A stretch of DNA of 64,000 nt, from NCBI GenBank assembly GCA_002633005.1, contig NMRA01000189.1, forward strand, positions 224,264-288,263. Direction: 5' to 3'. The DNA is from Phoronis australis (lineage: Eukaryota > Animalia > Phoronida). Below the pieces are notes generated by a model. That model was not told the origin of the DNA, ran no database searches, and was given only the letters and a program-made list of their open reading frames with translations. The position numbers and the translations under genes are program-made. This document shows positions 63,103 to 64,000 of this stretch, piece by piece (position 1 is the first letter of the stretch; the number at the start of each line of letters is the position of its first letter).

Positions 63103-64000
63103 GTACGATTGTAATGCTTTTCATACGTGTCATAACTGATCGTGATTAGTTGAGAGTGTTTAACACGTCACAAAATGACCGGGAAACTGTTTAGTTCTGT
63201 TTTAGTTCAATGTGATCTCCCTCTAATTCCAATGACAATATCCCTCTGTCTGTCACACTACTGACACTAGTAGCGGTAGCAGTGTCATTGTCAGTGACTC
63301 AGTACCAGTGGCAGTGCTGTTCAAGTCCCGTTTAGTAATCAAGTGATTCAGGCATTCCCAATTTTATGGCATGGCTATGGCTTGTAAGACAATAACAGCA
63401 CCGTAGAATCTACTTGATACATTGTTATAGTCTAACTGGGCCAGCGAAGCTCCATGTTCTGCTACATTGAAAGACGTAGTGGTAAAAGATGGTGTTGCAA
63501 ACCGTTTTTTGCTGAATAGTAGCCAGTGTCATTATTTAGTGGAAACTGGTTCCTGGCAATCATTCTGAAGAGAGAGTCATCTTTGCTATGGAATTATGCT
63601 GGAATGACTTTTGACACTCGTGTCGTCATTTGGCAGATGATAGGAAGTCATGGTATCAAGTGAGTCATCCACATCGCAAATTCCTTAAACTAGAAACACC
63701 TGCTGAGCATGAGGGGGAGATCTGTATTAGACCTGCACATGAGCTGACCTCGACTGCTGGTTGGGACGCGCATTCAAAGCCTTGACTCTGCACCTCCCTG
63801 ACTGTCCAGCATGAAGTGTTTTTAATGAATCAACAGTTGATAATGCAGATAATGTAATCTATACAGCAAATGCGTGACATAATGACTTGACAACGTATGT
63901 CGCTTACAGGAGTTTTTATCAAAAACATTCGTTTAAAGAAAAAAAACAAAATGTAATATTTTCTGTTAAGTGTGACTAACCCAGTTGAGATTAGATATCT

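Overview
Intron-rich, AT-rich animal genomic DNA. It is most likely a protostome invertebrate, because the synapsin E-domain ends ...LRKTFAGIFGDM. Genes reconstructed by hand from splice sites: (1) the last two coding exons of synapsin (+); (2) a complete 10-exon Rab GDP-dissociation inhibitor (-, 440 aa), tail-to-tail with synapsin; (3) a 3-exon type II membrane protein with eight LDL-receptor class A repeats (+, about 452 aa, EGG-1/EGG-2-like architecture) inside a roughly 22-kb transposon-rich island; (4) a 7-exon RPUSD3-like mitochondrial pseudouridine synthase (-, about 376 aa); (5) the first coding exon of an unidentified divergently transcribed gene behind a CRE/X-box/TCGCGAGA promoter. 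Introns and intergenic DNA hold many mobile-element relics: a HERO/R2-group non-LTR element, Penelope-like and L2/CR1-group RT fragments, an IS3EU transposase split by a Helentron-like insert, Kolobok-like elements, and hAT-, Harbinger- and mariner-type MITEs. There are also minisatellites, a perfect 25 x 43-bp array, an array of CTCF-like motifs and one assembly gap. All homology calls come from motif recognition, not database searches.
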